IMG/VR virus record: IMGVR_UViG_3300029922_000018 | Reading direction: 5' to 3' (one strand) | Source of the DNA: an uncultured virus (IMG/VR IMGVR_UViG_3300029922_000018) | Taxonomy: Duplodnaviria; Heunggongvirae; Uroviricota; Caudoviricetes | Length of the DNA: 64,000 nucleotides | Shown: piece after piece, positions 32,449 through 43,011 of the stretch | Position numbering within the stretch: the first letter of the stretch is position 1 | Layout of the letters: every line of letters starts with the position of its first letter | The notes under the pieces: generated by a model | Told to the model about the DNA's origin: nothing | Database searches by the model: none | Seen by the model: the letters and a program-made list of their open reading frames with translations, nothing else | Made by a program: the position numbers and the translations under genes

Positions 32449-33204
32449 TTAATATCTGCTATCAGGTCTTATATTATGCGTTTGCTGGCCTTGCATCCAG
32501 TCGGGGTCAAATAACTTCTTTCCAGTTCTAATATATCCACGTCCACATTCGAAGGTGCAGTTCAGGCATAATAACTGCAAATTTTCCAATTTACTATTTT
32601 TCCTATCTCCATCTTTATGGTCTAACAGCAAACATATCTTATTATCAACAACCCGGCGTTTATCATACCCACAAATATTACATTTCGGTTCTAATATATT
32701 AAACCGGATAAGTTTGTCTTTTATTATATAATCATTCAGGTGAGGGTGTTTATTGTCTAATATTTCACTGATGGGGTATTTTCCTTTTTCCGGAGAATAT
32801 AAATTTGGCTTTCTGGTAGCCGAGCGGTTTATTTTATGAATGCCATATCGCCTGGCATATTTTCGAAATAGTGGATATGATACTCCCAATATTCTTGCCG
32901 CTCCCATTGCGGTATCCGCTTTCTCCTGAGCATCTTCTATTTCAGATTGTAATAGTGGACGATACCCACGTCCCCTCTTTGTTTTTCTGACCGGTGGAGG
33001 TAACAGACCATTATCATCCAATATAGTCCTATCCAATTGAGTCTCTTCAATTATTTTATTGGTTTTAAGGTCTTTAACTTCTTCTTCCAATTGTTCAAGT
33101 CGTCTAAGAGCGATAGACAATAACCGCTCCACTCCAACCGTTTCATAGGTTAGGGCAGGACTACTTTCTGGCATTGATATGCTATGTGTAACGACTGGTT
33201 CCAT
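32449..33204 (-). CDS. HTH + HNH domain protein
   Basis: AARILGVSY..F.KYA; CNICG...LDHKDG...N...ENLQLLCLNC. Confidence 0.7.
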   Translation of the reverse strand: MEPVVTHSISMPESSPALTYETVGVERLLSIALRRLEQLEEEVKDLKTNKIIEETQLDRTILDDNGLLPPPVRKTKRGRGYRPLLQSEIEDAQEKADTAMGAARILGVSYPLFRKYARRYGIHKINRSATRKPNLYSPEKGKYPISEILDNKHPHLNDYIIKDKLIRFNILEPKCNICGYDKRRVVDNKICLLLDHKDGDRKNSKLENLQLLCLNCTFECGRGYIRTGKKLFDPDWMQGQQTHNIRPDSRY

Positions 33205-33579
33205 GATATAGTTAAATCAGTTTGAGCAGCCACCGATTGGTTGAGTGGCTAAATCAATATCATACTGTGCTTTAAACTTTTCCCTTAACAACTCGGCTTT
33301 AACATGAAATCCGGCGTTTACGATTGGCAAGTATGAGTTATATGAGTATTGTTTTTTGGGAGATTTTACTTCCCAACAGGTTGCGATTGGTCTGATATTT
33401 ACCAAAATATGCTTGTTATTAACCCCCAATTCAACTGCCCGTGTTACAGCTTCTAAAAATGGGTCGGGAAATATATCCTTATCAACTACGTGCTCCGTCG
33501 TATTATCTTTATCCAAACATACCGCTATCGTTTTTAATGATGATTTCATATTATATCCTTTCATCTATATTAATAAATA

Positions 33580-33924
33580 TCAATAAACTTTACAATCCCC
33601 ATCATTAAGTTTATATTCCAACAATTCATTTTTCCGTTCATTATATCTAAAAAATCTACAGTTTAAATTTTTTATAATGTTATTCATACGTATAACATCC
33701 TTCGATTTTAAACTGGTCTTCTCTATAGCATTTTTTAAATGATATTTATTCGTATAAATTTGTTCTCTCCCACAATCAGGACACTTTTTTGTCCATTTTT
33801 TCCAGTATTTTCGCATTCGTTCTTTTTTAATTCGTTTTCCGTGTTTGACATAGTATCGGGCGTCTCGGACACGCTTTTGTTCAATGAGTTCTTCTCTGGT
33901 TCGATTAAGCTTTTTTCTTCCCAT
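33580..33924 (-). pseudogene. MGRKK peptide (copy 5) fused in frame to an internally deleted Vsr/DUF559-like endonuclease
   Basis: Both ends align to 62424-63383; central Zn ribbons and catalytic EYDE..H absent. Confidence 0.75.
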
Positions 33925-33994
33925 AAATTTTTATTTGTTGTATTATTCATATACTATATAAATATAGTGTCGAAACATAAAACGACGGAATATT

Positions 33995-34687
33995 TTATAT
34001 CTTATCCCATGATATTAATGGCGATAGCCACGGAAGTTCCGTATGGGTTGAAAACCCTGGAATAGAACTTAATAAACTTCTACCTTTTATTTTTATTAGT
34101 TCACAAAATGCGGCATAATCTTTGGGATATGAGTCATATAAATATTTATTCCATATACTTAAATCTTCTTTCAGTATATTTACATTGACAGCGAATGTGC
34201 ATGTTGTGCTGTTAGATAGTTTCCAATGAGATGAATTGGTTAATATAACTCTCGTAATTTCACCACCATCTCGAATTTCGGGATTGCCGCCCTCATCCGA
34301 ATTTATATATTTATCATAATGGTCAAATCCAGTGCAATAATCTGAAATGGTTAATGCTTCTTTGATTTTTATGTCACTATTTGGTAAGTGTAAGTAATCA
34401 TCTTCCACGAAATATACCTGTCCGGAATTTAATTCATTACATGCCCGATGCAGACAATATTTGAAACATTGTCCGTTCCCAAGGGTGGTATTTTCTATTT
34501 TAAATTTATCTGATTGTTTTGAATTTATAAATTCACGAAGTGTTGGTTCTGTAACATTATCGGCCACCAAATTTATATTGTATTTACCAAAAACAGATAG
34601 AAAGTTATCAAGACAATGTTCCTTCGTTGCGTGTGGAAGTCGGTTCTTTTTAAATGAATTGTTAGATATTCTGTAATAGATGGTCAT
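33995..34687 (-). CDS. GT-A glycosyltransferase
   Basis: VYFVEDDYLH, STTCTFA, IPGFSTH. Confidence 0.8.
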   Translation of the reverse strand: MTIYYRISNNSFKKNRLPHATKEHCLDNFLSVFGKYNINLVADNVTEPTLREFINSKQSDKFKIENTTLGNGQCFKYCLHRACNELNSGQVYFVEDDYLHLPNSDIKIKEALTISDYCTGFDHYDKYINSDEGGNPEIRDGGEITRVILTNSSHWKLSNSTTCTFAVNVNILKEDLSIWNKYLYDSYPKDYAAFCELIKIKGRSLLSSIPGFSTHTELPWLSPLISWDKI

Positions 34688-34691
34688 ATCG

Positions 34692-35444
34692 TTATTTTAT
34701 ATCATTTTTCAATTTTGTAAAGTTTTTATACTGAAATTCACTGGGGAATTTCCCAGTTCCGCCATTGAACTCTATTTCCATATCACGAGATATACAATCA
34801 ATCGTAGATATGCCATCCGTTACTTTCATATTTTTATCTATGGTTGGACTATTAAATGGATTTGTATATGTGAAATTTCCCCATTTTTCTTTTAGATATT
34901 GAATATTCTTCTTCTGATATTCCGGTATTCTATCCCCCGCCGCCAGATTATAATTAAGATTCGACGGTATTCCGAGGCATGATACGGTCACGCCATTCAT
35001 TTTACATCTATACTTATAATCTTCATCCTCACAACAACCTCGTAAGAAATTTTCATCAAATCTCCCTATTTTTTCATATGTGTCTTTATGAATACAGAAT
35101 AATGAAAATTCAAATGCTTTGTCATAAGTTCCGGCTATGTTGGTGGGTGTGCATTGATTATATAATGCTTCCAAATATTCCTCGGAATATAGATTATCTT
35201 CATTGGATATTATTATCTTTTCAAGTCCAAGATGCTCAAATCCAATCTTACAAATCAAATTCCACCCGCCCGAACATCCTATATTCTTTGTGGTTGTGTA
35301 GTAAACCAATGATTTTAATCTTTCCGGATATGTTTGCTGGCCATTGTCTATAATATAGAATTTAGTGTTTGGAAATAAAGACAAATCAAGATGTTTATCT
35401 TGAAACCAAGCAGCGTTATATCCTAATATAAATAAATTATACAT
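34692..35444 (-). CDS. Glycosyltransferase family 2
   Basis: IIDNG, NIGCSGGWN, NED, IGRFDENF...ED.DY..R. Confidence 0.85.
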   Translation of the reverse strand: MYNLFILGYNAAWFQDKHLDLSLFPNTKFYIIDNGQQTYPERLKSLVYYTTTKNIGCSGGWNLICKIGFEHLGLEKIIISNEDNLYSEEYLEALYNQCTPTNIAGTYDKAFEFSLFCIHKDTYEKIGRFDENFLRGCCEDEDYKYRCKMNGVTVSCLGIPSNLNYNLAAGDRIPEYQKKNIQYLKEKWGNFTYTNPFNSPTIDKNMKVTDGISTIDCISRDMEIEFNGGTGKFPSEFQYKNFTKLKNDIK

Positions 35445-36324
35445 TGTTAATTATTAAATTTAATAGTTCTTTATCTGAAATATATGGGTCAGCATGAATA
35501 TGTCTACCATCGGGACATATATTAGAAGGTCCTAATTTTACATCGTTGAATTGTTTCATTCTTCCAAATTTTCCATATAAATAATTCATGAAATCGGTTG
35601 TTATTATGCATTTAGTTCCAATTCCCGCCGCCAAGTTAGTTAATCCACCTTCTTGACCAATTATAACGTCACAGTTTTTGATTAGTGATGCAGTATAAGA
35701 ATATAGAGAACACGACTCAAATCCCAAGTCATACTGACTAACGGATTGCTCAAATCCCAATGGAATAAGTATGAACTCTTTTGATAACTCCGATAATATA
35801 AAATCAACATTTCTTGTATTTATATGAGCATGATTAAATATATTTGGAAATACAATTCCGGACTTAAATTGTTCTGGAGTATATTCTACGGTAGACTGCT
35901 TCCAATTTGCAACATAACCAATTACTTTTTTATTGGTGTTAGATTTTAAATTGTCAATTTGAATTCTTACTATAGAATCTATGTTTTTATTGGTGTATAT
36001 TTTGAAATTATTAGTTGGAGATTTGACATTGCATGCGGATTGAAATTGAATAGTTGGAACCTCATTTTGATTCACATGTGGCATAGTATAAACTACATCA
36101 TAATTTTTTTCTATATTGGATATTGGATATGGTCCAAATTTATCGGATAAATAAACTTCACCAATAAAAGGGTTTAGTTTTAATAACTCATATGGCTGTG
36201 GAAATCCAATTAAAAAATCAATTCCGGAATATCCGAGAGATAATTCTCGACATAAAACTTCGGCAACTGATGATGCAAATAATATATCTCCGATAAATCC
36301 AGTTGTTTTAATTAGTATGTTCAT
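35437..36324 (-). CDS. GT9 (heptosyltransferase-like) glycosyltransferase
   Basis: FIGDILF, LLKLNPFI, ASLIKNCD..IG.EGG..NLAA.IG. Confidence 0.75.
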   Translation of the reverse strand: MNILIKTTGFIGDILFASSVAEVLCRELSLGYSGIDFLIGFPQPYELLKLNPFIGEVYLSDKFGPYPISNIEKNYDVVYTMPHVNQNEVPTIQFQSACNVKSPTNNFKIYTNKNIDSIVRIQIDNLKSNTNKKVIGYVANWKQSTVEYTPEQFKSGIVFPNIFNHAHINTRNVDFILSELSKEFILIPLGFEQSVSQYDLGFESCSLYSYTASLIKNCDVIIGQEGGLTNLAAGIGTKCIITTDFMNYLYGKFGRMKQFNDVKLGPSNICPDGRHIHADPYISDKELLNLIINNV

Positions 36325-37073
36325 ATATTAAATTTGTTTTCCACTATATCATATCCATAATGATGAACAAAATCGGTTCTGTTAAATGGATGTGAGAACT
36401 CGTGTTCCACTAGAGATACCCAATCAATATTATCTTGATTATGACCCCATGATTTTACCTTACTTAACATTTCTTCTTTTGTTCTTACCCAACTATAATG
36501 ATGGATGATTGGAACATTATTTATACTTGCATGTTGCCAATACCTACCTCTCAATAATTGACCTCTCTCGGAATTGCTGTCTGGATTTATATTTCCAAGT
36601 TCACGTCTAACCAACGTCCCTGCCGACTCAAATGACGTTGCTCTATATGTAGCATCTCGAAAATACCAATAACATAGTAAATCAAAGCTGTCGTGGGTAT
36701 TAATGTGTCCCGAACTTATAAACTTGCTAAATTCATCATATTCCACAATCTCATCTGCATCCAGATATAATACCCAATCAATATCAGATTTAATATTCTG
36801 ATATCCTATCATTCTGGAGTAATTGTGCCAGTATCTGGAAGGTTTGGACGAATTCCATGTATAATTTATAAAATCTACATTCTTATTTGAGTATGTCTTT
36901 TCCAATAATTCTTGGTTTTCTAGCTGTCCGTTATAAAAGTGAGATGATATTGGAACTATCACCTGTTCACTAAATAATCTGGCTTGTGATATACACGTAT
37001 TTATAAACCGATGGTCGTTGGTGCAGTAATTTATTATAGTTGCTATCTTCATATTTTTATAAATGAACCCCAA
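36321..37073 (-). CDS. Glycosyltransferase family 2
   Basis: WVLYLDADE, HHYSWVR..EEML.K...WGH. Confidence 0.8.
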   Translation of the reverse strand: MGFIYKNMKIATIINYCTNDHRFINTCISQARLFSEQVIVPISSHFYNGQLENQELLEKTYSNKNVDFINYTWNSSKPSRYWHNYSRMIGYQNIKSDIDWVLYLDADEIVEYDEFSKFISSGHINTHDSFDLLCYWYFRDATYRATSFESAGTLVRRELGNINPDSNSERGQLLRGRYWQHASINNVPIIHHYSWVRTKEEMLSKVKSWGHNQDNIDWVSLVEHEFSHPFNRTDFVHHYGYDIVENKFNI

Positions 37074-37606
37074 AAAACGTTATAAAATTCTTCATATCCA
37101 AATTCTTGGAGATTATTATTTATTATGCTTGATTGAATGTTGTGGCGATGGGACTCACTAGCACTTGGCCAATTTGATTTATATTTTGTGGAATTGTATA
37201 TTTCTGGAGAATGGCTATAATCATGACACATGATAACATCATTAACTTTCATCATGTTGGAGTATATTTCAAATTCTTTTTCTTTATTGCCACCATCACA
37301 TAATATCAAACATCTTCCACGTTTGATTTGATTTGATATGTTAGTTAATATTGTTGGTGAAAAACAATCACCAACTATAAAATTTATGTTTGAGTTTTTT
37401 ATTTCTCTAAATTGGTCTGATATATCATAACAATATAGTTGAGCGGCTTCTTTTTTATTGTCAAATATCCACTGGGAAAATGCTCCTCGGTTATATCCTA
37501 TTTCTATAATTACATCAAACATAGGTAATATTTTTTTGAATGGAACCACTACAAGCGGAGTTTGTGCCGCTATGACTCCATTAACTATTAAAAATTTTTC
37601 GTTCAT
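37049..37606 (-). CDS. Class I SAM-dependent methyltransferase
   Basis: IIEIGYNRG, YDI, ILCDGG.K, HDY. Confidence 0.75.
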   Translation of the reverse strand: MNEKFLIVNGVIAAQTPLVVVPFKKILPMFDVIIEIGYNRGAFSQWIFDNKKEAAQLYCYDISDQFREIKNSNINFIVGDCFSPTILTNISNQIKRGRCLILCDGGNKEKEFEIYSNMMKVNDVIMCHDYSHSPEIYNSTKYKSNWPSASESHRHNIQSSIINNNLQEFGYEEFYNVFWGSFIKI

Positions 37607-38151
37607 GATATGGTAACTATTCCAGTTCCCGAAAAATGTCCAATTTTAGTGACATCTTCCTTTTGATTTATAATCGAGTTCCAAAATGATGTCATTTGTG
37701 GATTTAAGAAAATATCATCCAATACTAATGTTCCCGTCCATCCAATCGAATGTAAATGATTCATAAATTGATGTTCAAATGTTCCATCGTGAAAGGTGTC
37801 GAGTAATATTACAAGTGATTTTAAAATTGTATCGTTATATGACTTGTCTAGAATATCGGCGATATTAAATTGTATATTGGGCGGCTGGTTTGTTATAGTT
37901 CGATTGTTCTTTATGTCGAATGATAGGACGGTATTAGATGGATTGTATGCTAATGCCAGCGCAGAGCATCCTTTATACGTTCCTATGTCCAATAAGGTAG
38001 AGTTTGAATATAATGTGCTTAAATATGCCAATAGTCTATAATGCTCCTTACCACTAATGTCTAGGAAGTATTTTCTAAATTCGTCTTCCACGACACAGTT
38101 TGATAGTAGCGACAAATCTAAGGTATCAAGGGTTGAGTTTTGTATGTTCAT
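37603..38151 (-). CDS. Class I SAM-dependent methyltransferase
   Basis: LDIGTYKG.SA, SFDI, LDT.HDG, LDDI, GH.SGTG. Confidence 0.8.
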   Translation of the reverse strand: MNIQNSTLDTLDLSLLSNCVVEDEFRKYFLDISGKEHYRLLAYLSTLYSNSTLLDIGTYKGCSALALAYNPSNTVLSFDIKNNRTITNQPPNIQFNIADILDKSYNDTILKSLVILLDTFHDGTFEHQFMNHLHSIGWTGTLVLDDIFLNPQMTSFWNSIINQKEDVTKIGHFSGTGIVTIS

Positions 38152-38856
38152 ATTCTATGCGATAATTCTTGCTTCAGTCGGTCAAAGGTCATTAAATTTG
38201 ATGTCCATTCTGGCTCCGGCCTGTTACAATATTTGTTTGGTAGATGGTGTATCAGCAATTTTTCTAAGTCTTGGGGGGTCTATTGGAAATATTGGCCTTA
38301 CCGTTCCTCCCCAGTTTTGCCAGTTCGAAAAAAGACCACTCGCCGCACATTCCAACTTGGCAGGGTGTGGGAGCGAATAGAAATTTAATGATTTTGCAGC
38401 TTCTTTTAATTTTTTTCGTGTCAATAACCAACATCCCTGATGAACATTTAAAAGTGTGAAATATTTTTTACCATTTATTTCCAATATATTCTCTATTATC
38501 TCACATCCTCTAGCTAGGTTTGGATTTTGGTCGGGAATGTATTTAATATCACTATTCGGTCTATTTTCATATCGTATGAAGCCAATACAATTATTGATTG
38601 GGATTTCCCAATCATATTTGAGATATGCCAATATAGCATCTTCTTTTATACGAATATCATTCTCAACATATAAGAATAAATCATATTCTTCTATTTTATT
38701 ATATAAATCGGTTCTATGCGAAAGCTTAGTCTCTCCATGAAGTATTGTTACTTCAAATTCTTTATAATTACGGAATTCATCCTCTATCATTTTTAAATAT
38801 GACGATTGATGATTTCCATAATTTAATATAGATATTAAAAGTTTTCTGGGTTTCAT
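38148..38856 (-). pseudogene. Glycosyltransferase-like gene frameshifted in a C6 tract
   Basis: FLYVENDI and NVHQGCWLL; removing one C at 38273-38278 extends the ORF through LLIHHLPNKY to a TGA overlapping the next ATG. Confidence 0.7.
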
Positions 38857-39557
38857 TATCCATTCCCTAAATTTTCGTTTTTTGTAAATTCTTTATTATA
38901 CCGAATATTCGTAGAAATTTGGGCTTCTATGGTTTTATCATGATATATCGCATATTCTTCATCAGCCGGAAGTGTCGCAAAAGTCTTAAATCCATCTATC
39001 CTCTCGTGCAATCTCTTCTTAAATCTAATAGCTGGAATATTTTTAAATAATCGCAACTGATAATCCGGAAAATTAACAATTGGACGATTGAGAGTCGTTG
39101 ATATTGTTAATCTCCACCCCCATGGCTTGGCATGTTCTTCCGTGACTCCTCTAAAATCATTAATTCTAGGAACTGCATATGCTTCAACTGTAGGATTACT
39201 TTCTATTAGAGTGTGTAAATTTTCGCCCGTAAGACTTGTTGGTGGCATCTCATCACCATCTAATTGTATAATCCAATCTCCCGAACACTTCTCCACCCCA
39301 AAATTTTTATGAGACCCATAATCATTATTCAGTCCATGCATTATTATTTTACATGTTTTTTTCTCTACTATTTCATATGGCATCTGTCCAGCGAAATCTG
39401 CTAATAATTGGGTTGTCTCCATATTATCTTTTACATCAGAGTCAATTACGACAACAACTTCATCGTCACTATTCTTAACAAGAGTTCCAATAACTTCCAA
39501 TAGACGTTTTAGTGTATCCTTTTCATTACAGCAAGTTATTAGGTATGATATTTTCAT
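38856..39557 (-). CDS. Glycosyltransferase family 2
   Basis: KISYLITCCNE, WIIQLDGDE, PRIN, FPDYQ.RL, LHE. Confidence 0.85.
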   Translation of the reverse strand: MKISYLITCCNEKDTLKRLLEVIGTLVKNSDDEVVVVIDSDVKDNMETTQLLADFAGQMPYEIVEKKTCKIIMHGLNNDYGSHKNFGVEKCSGDWIIQLDGDEMPPTSLTGENLHTLIESNPTVEAYAVPRINDFRGVTEEHAKPWGWRLTISTTLNRPIVNFPDYQLRLFKNIPAIRFKKRLHERIDGFKTFATLPADEEYAIYHDKTIEAQISTNIRYNKEFTKNENLGNG

Positions 39558-40126
39558 TCGTGATACTCAATTTTAACCTCAATCGACTTCACTTCTTTAT
39601 TTTCTATTAAAATATCAATCGGTGATATGAATGATTTCGTAGTCGATTTAACATCATCTTCTTGATAATCCAATAACTCACATTTTAATTTTGTTATAAC
39701 TTGAGCCAATTCTTTCTTTTCATCTTCTAACTTCTTATTAAACTGATTTAAGGTAATATTGTCTTGTTTATATCGATTAACATCCGTTGACAGTATTTGC
39801 AATTCGTCGACAGCTTCCGAAAATAGGCTCTGTAATAATGCATTATCAATTAATAATGGGGAGCGATGCCCCCTCAATACTCTATCATAGTTTCTACTTG
39901 TAAACGGAATTGCGGTATATGATTTGTCTAAGTTTCCGTTTATTGTTCCTTTATTTAAGTAGTTAGAAAAATCCGAACTGTGAGTTAATACTATACACGT
40001 AGCATCATATCCATTTTTAGAAATAGAAAATGCCCCATTTAACATTCTGGTCGTATGTCCAACCCGTCGATTAACATTGAAATATGCTGCTAATTCTTTT
40101 AATTTGTTTAATATGGTGCTCATAAG

Positions 40127-41464
40127 TTATTTGGTTGGGATTATGGTCGGAATTGATGGCTTCTTAAGTGCCGGTAAAATAATCGGTTGATGTCTAGGAA
40201 TTTCCGGAACATATTTATCCAGTAAATGAAACAATCTTTCTTCCATTTTCTGTAGATTAAATTTTTCCCTATTCTCAAGCCCCAATTTAACTGCCGCATC
40301 AATTCTTTCTTGCGAATAATTATTAAAATAATCTTTCATCTTGGCAGATGCCTTTTCATAATCTACCTCGAACCACTGGCTCCCCTTCAATATCCAATCA
40401 TTACAAGCTTCGGGATGAACTTCGGTCATCTTCCCTTCAAATAAATCTGCACATTCTTTATTCATATAATCCATATGTCCCGAATATGCCGGTAGAATTG
40501 TGGGTTTTAAGGCGAAGGTTGAGGACAGGCCGGATGCGCCCCAACTTTCTCCAAATGTAAATGAAATAAATACCTTAACTTTCTCATGTGAGTGTAGATA
40601 TGCCATTTCATTTTCGGTCAACATACCATACATTAAATAAACATTTGGTAATTTAACGTTTGGAAGTTGATTTTTTACCATGTTTGTAATCTCGTTTAAT
40701 TTAGCAATACAATCGTGCCGGTCAACCGTTCCAATTTGAGGACCACTCGTTTTCAGGATAAGACACGGTGGATTATCAACGCCCGCAAAAGTTCTAAGAA
40801 ATGTTTCTATAAGTTTACCGGTATTTTTCCTATCACTATTCATGTTTCCGCCCCACATTCCACTATAAAAAAATGCGAATGTCTCTGGTATTTTATTCAT
40901 CTCAACATCTATCGACTCTACACTTCCAATCTCGGAGAATAATTTATCGTCCAGACCCCACATTAAAGTTTCAACTGATTTTGTTAGTTTTAGAGGTTCT
41001 TGGGAACCATTGGGGTTTTTCTTCACATATTCCGTTTTAAGGGCAACGTCCTTATTAAATTCTGACATTACGATGTTCAAATCCATCAAATTCATGGCTT
41101 CTATAAACGGTGCGGATGCCACGCTAGTTTCAATGAACGCAGTCCCTCCAATGTTATAAGTTCCATTTGGTTTAAAATCACACGGCAACGAAACCTGAAA
41201 CCAAACGTCTGGTTTTTTCGTCAAATTCTCACGCAACACCAATTTCATTAATTCTAGTGTTTCTGGGTCTTTTGATAGTTCCTCAATGTTTCTATTGGAA
41301 CAGCTTCCCCATCCATGTGGAATAATCTTTAAAGAATAGTCTTTCTTCTTGCAATACTTTAAAAGACCCTTGGCGATATCCAATGAATATCGTCCATATC
41401 CGCTGGCACTAAATAAACTAGACTGAAATACTACCAGTGGCTTGTTGTTTAATATATTATTCAT
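40127..41464 (-). CDS. GT-B (family 4-like) glycosyltransferase
   Basis: SGYG, RKN..KL...F, LILKT, FISFTFGESWG. Confidence 0.8.
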   Translation of the reverse strand: MNNILNNKPLVVFQSSLFSASGYGRYSLDIAKGLLKYCKKKDYSLKIIPHGWGSCSNRNIEELSKDPETLELMKLVLRENLTKKPDVWFQVSLPCDFKPNGTYNIGGTAFIETSVASAPFIEAMNLMDLNIVMSEFNKDVALKTEYVKKNPNGSQEPLKLTKSVETLMWGLDDKLFSEIGSVESIDVEMNKIPETFAFFYSGMWGGNMNSDRKNTGKLIETFLRTFAGVDNPPCLILKTSGPQIGTVDRHDCIAKLNEITNMVKNQLPNVKLPNVYLMYGMLTENEMAYLHSHEKVKVFISFTFGESWGASGLSSTFALKPTILPAYSGHMDYMNKECADLFEGKMTEVHPEACNDWILKGSQWFEVDYEKASAKMKDYFNNYSQERIDAAVKLGLENREKFNLQKMEERLFHLLDKYVPEIPRHQPIILPALKKPSIPTIIPTK

Positions 41465-41465
41465 C

Positions 41466-41990
41466 TTATTTATTCTGTTGTTCTTTAATTTGTTGTTCGT
41501 AAGGTATGTGTGGAGTTAGTTCGTGTTTTTTATATTCTTTTAATATATTAGATTTGATGTCAGTTGACCCAAACCCATCCAAGCCTCGGTCAGTAGAATT
41601 TAAATCTTCAACGACATTTATGTTAACATTATTATAAAATTCGAAAATTATTTGAGCAATGGCAGTTTCCTTTCCATCTTTAATAACCGGAACGGTAACG
41701 TCCTCATTGCTTAGATTAATTAAAACGACCCCAACTTCATTTCTATAATCTTCATCAATAACTCCCGCCATAACATCCAAACCCTGTTTAAAGGCCAACC
41801 CACTTCTTGGTGCAATTCTACCATACATTCCACTTGGAATTGCCATTGCCAAGCCAGTCTTAAATAATTTACGTTCGAGAGGTTTTAATGTAAAGGTTTC
41901 GGTTGAGTATAGGTCATATCCGGCAGAATGTGAACTTCCCTTGGATGGAATTACTGCTTTTTCATTTAGACGTTTAATATTCATTCTCAA
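41466..41990 (-). CDS. dut: dUTPase (trimeric)
   Basis: AGYDL, APRSGLA, GVIDEDYR, IAQII, RG..GFGST. Confidence 0.95.
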   Translation of the reverse strand: MRMNIKRLNEKAVIPSKGSSHSAGYDLYSTETFTLKPLERKLFKTGLAMAIPSGMYGRIAPRSGLAFKQGLDVMAGVIDEDYRNEVGVVLINLSNEDVTVPVIKDGKETAIAQIIFEFYNNVNINVVEDLNSTDRGLDGFGSTDIKSNILKEYKKHELTPHIPYEQQIKEQQNK

Positions 41991-42015
41991 ATTATAACTT
42001 ATTTGATATCGAGTA

Positions 42016-43008
42016 TCAACTTTTTATAGATTTTATTTTATCTTCTATTTTTGACTTGTCAATTTTAGGAATTTCAAATCCCAAATTATTTCGAGTGACG
42101 GTATTTCCGACATAATCTACAACCGAATATATTCCAAATGGGTTTGGCTTAACCCAATTTTTAAATACAAACTCCATGGAGGTTATGAATTGTTCTCCCA
42201 TATTTTTTGCGTTTATCCCACCCGCCCCCAATGCCCAATCCCGCCCTTCTTTTCCATATTGTTTTCGAGTTTTGGGAGGAGTCATATACCAATACATAAA
42301 TCCCTCGGCAAAATCTTCCCATTTTGCAATTTCGTCAAATATATATGGGGTCGGAATGCTTCCTTGTATATATCTGGCGGCGGGAAATACTGGATATGCC
42401 CAATTGCCACATGTTTTATATTTCCCATCACTATTACTCCCCCAATTACCGGTATATTCAAGTGGATTTCCATTATCATCGACAAATCCCATCTGGTCTT
42501 GCAGACCACCAGTAACGGTTGCCACGATAGGAGTCCCCGCCATGATACTCTCAGCAGTTGACAGTCCAAATCCTTCCGAACTAGACGCACACACCGTAAC
42601 GTCGGCGCAATTATATAATAAATTTAAATCTTCAGGTGCTAATTTACCGGGTGAGAATAGTATATTATAATTTGGACATAGGGATTCCTTAACTGCCACT
42701 AAATTAGTGCCAGCGTCCAATGCTATTTCACAGTGTAGCACCAATAAACATTTAGATGCCTCTTCCGTTGTTAAACTGTCACAAAATTGCCGATATGCCA
42801 GAATTATGTTACTCGTTCTTTTGCGCTGAATATTTCTAGAATTATATAATAATATGAAATTATAATCTCGATTTTGAGTTAGTCGTTTTCTAAATTCTAC
42901 CAATCGGGGGTCGGTGGAATTGACCGGATGAAACACTTTATCCGAAATTCCGTGGGGACAATATGAAATTAGCCGTTTGTCTACTATTTTGTTATTTATA
43001 TTATACAT
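42016..43008 (-). CDS. GT-B (family 4) glycosyltransferase, C-terminal part
   Basis: PHG, RN..RK, LYN.ADV....SSSEGFGLSTAES...GTP...TGGLQDQ. Confidence 0.85.
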   Translation of the reverse strand: MYNINNKIVDKRLISYCPHGISDKVFHPVNSTDPRLVEFRKRLTQNRDYNFILLYNSRNIQRKRTSNIILAYRQFCDSLTTEEASKCLLVLHCEIALDAGTNLVAVKESLCPNYNILFSPGKLAPEDLNLLYNCADVTVCASSSEGFGLSTAESIMAGTPIVATVTGGLQDQMGFVDDNGNPLEYTGNWGSNSDGKYKTCGNWAYPVFPAARYIQGSIPTPYIFDEIAKWEDFAEGFMYWYMTPPKTRKQYGKEGRDWALGAGGINAKNMGEQFITSMEFVFKNWVKPNPFGIYSVVDYVGNTVTRNNLGFEIPKIDKSKIEDKIKSIKS

Positions 43009-43011
43009 AAT

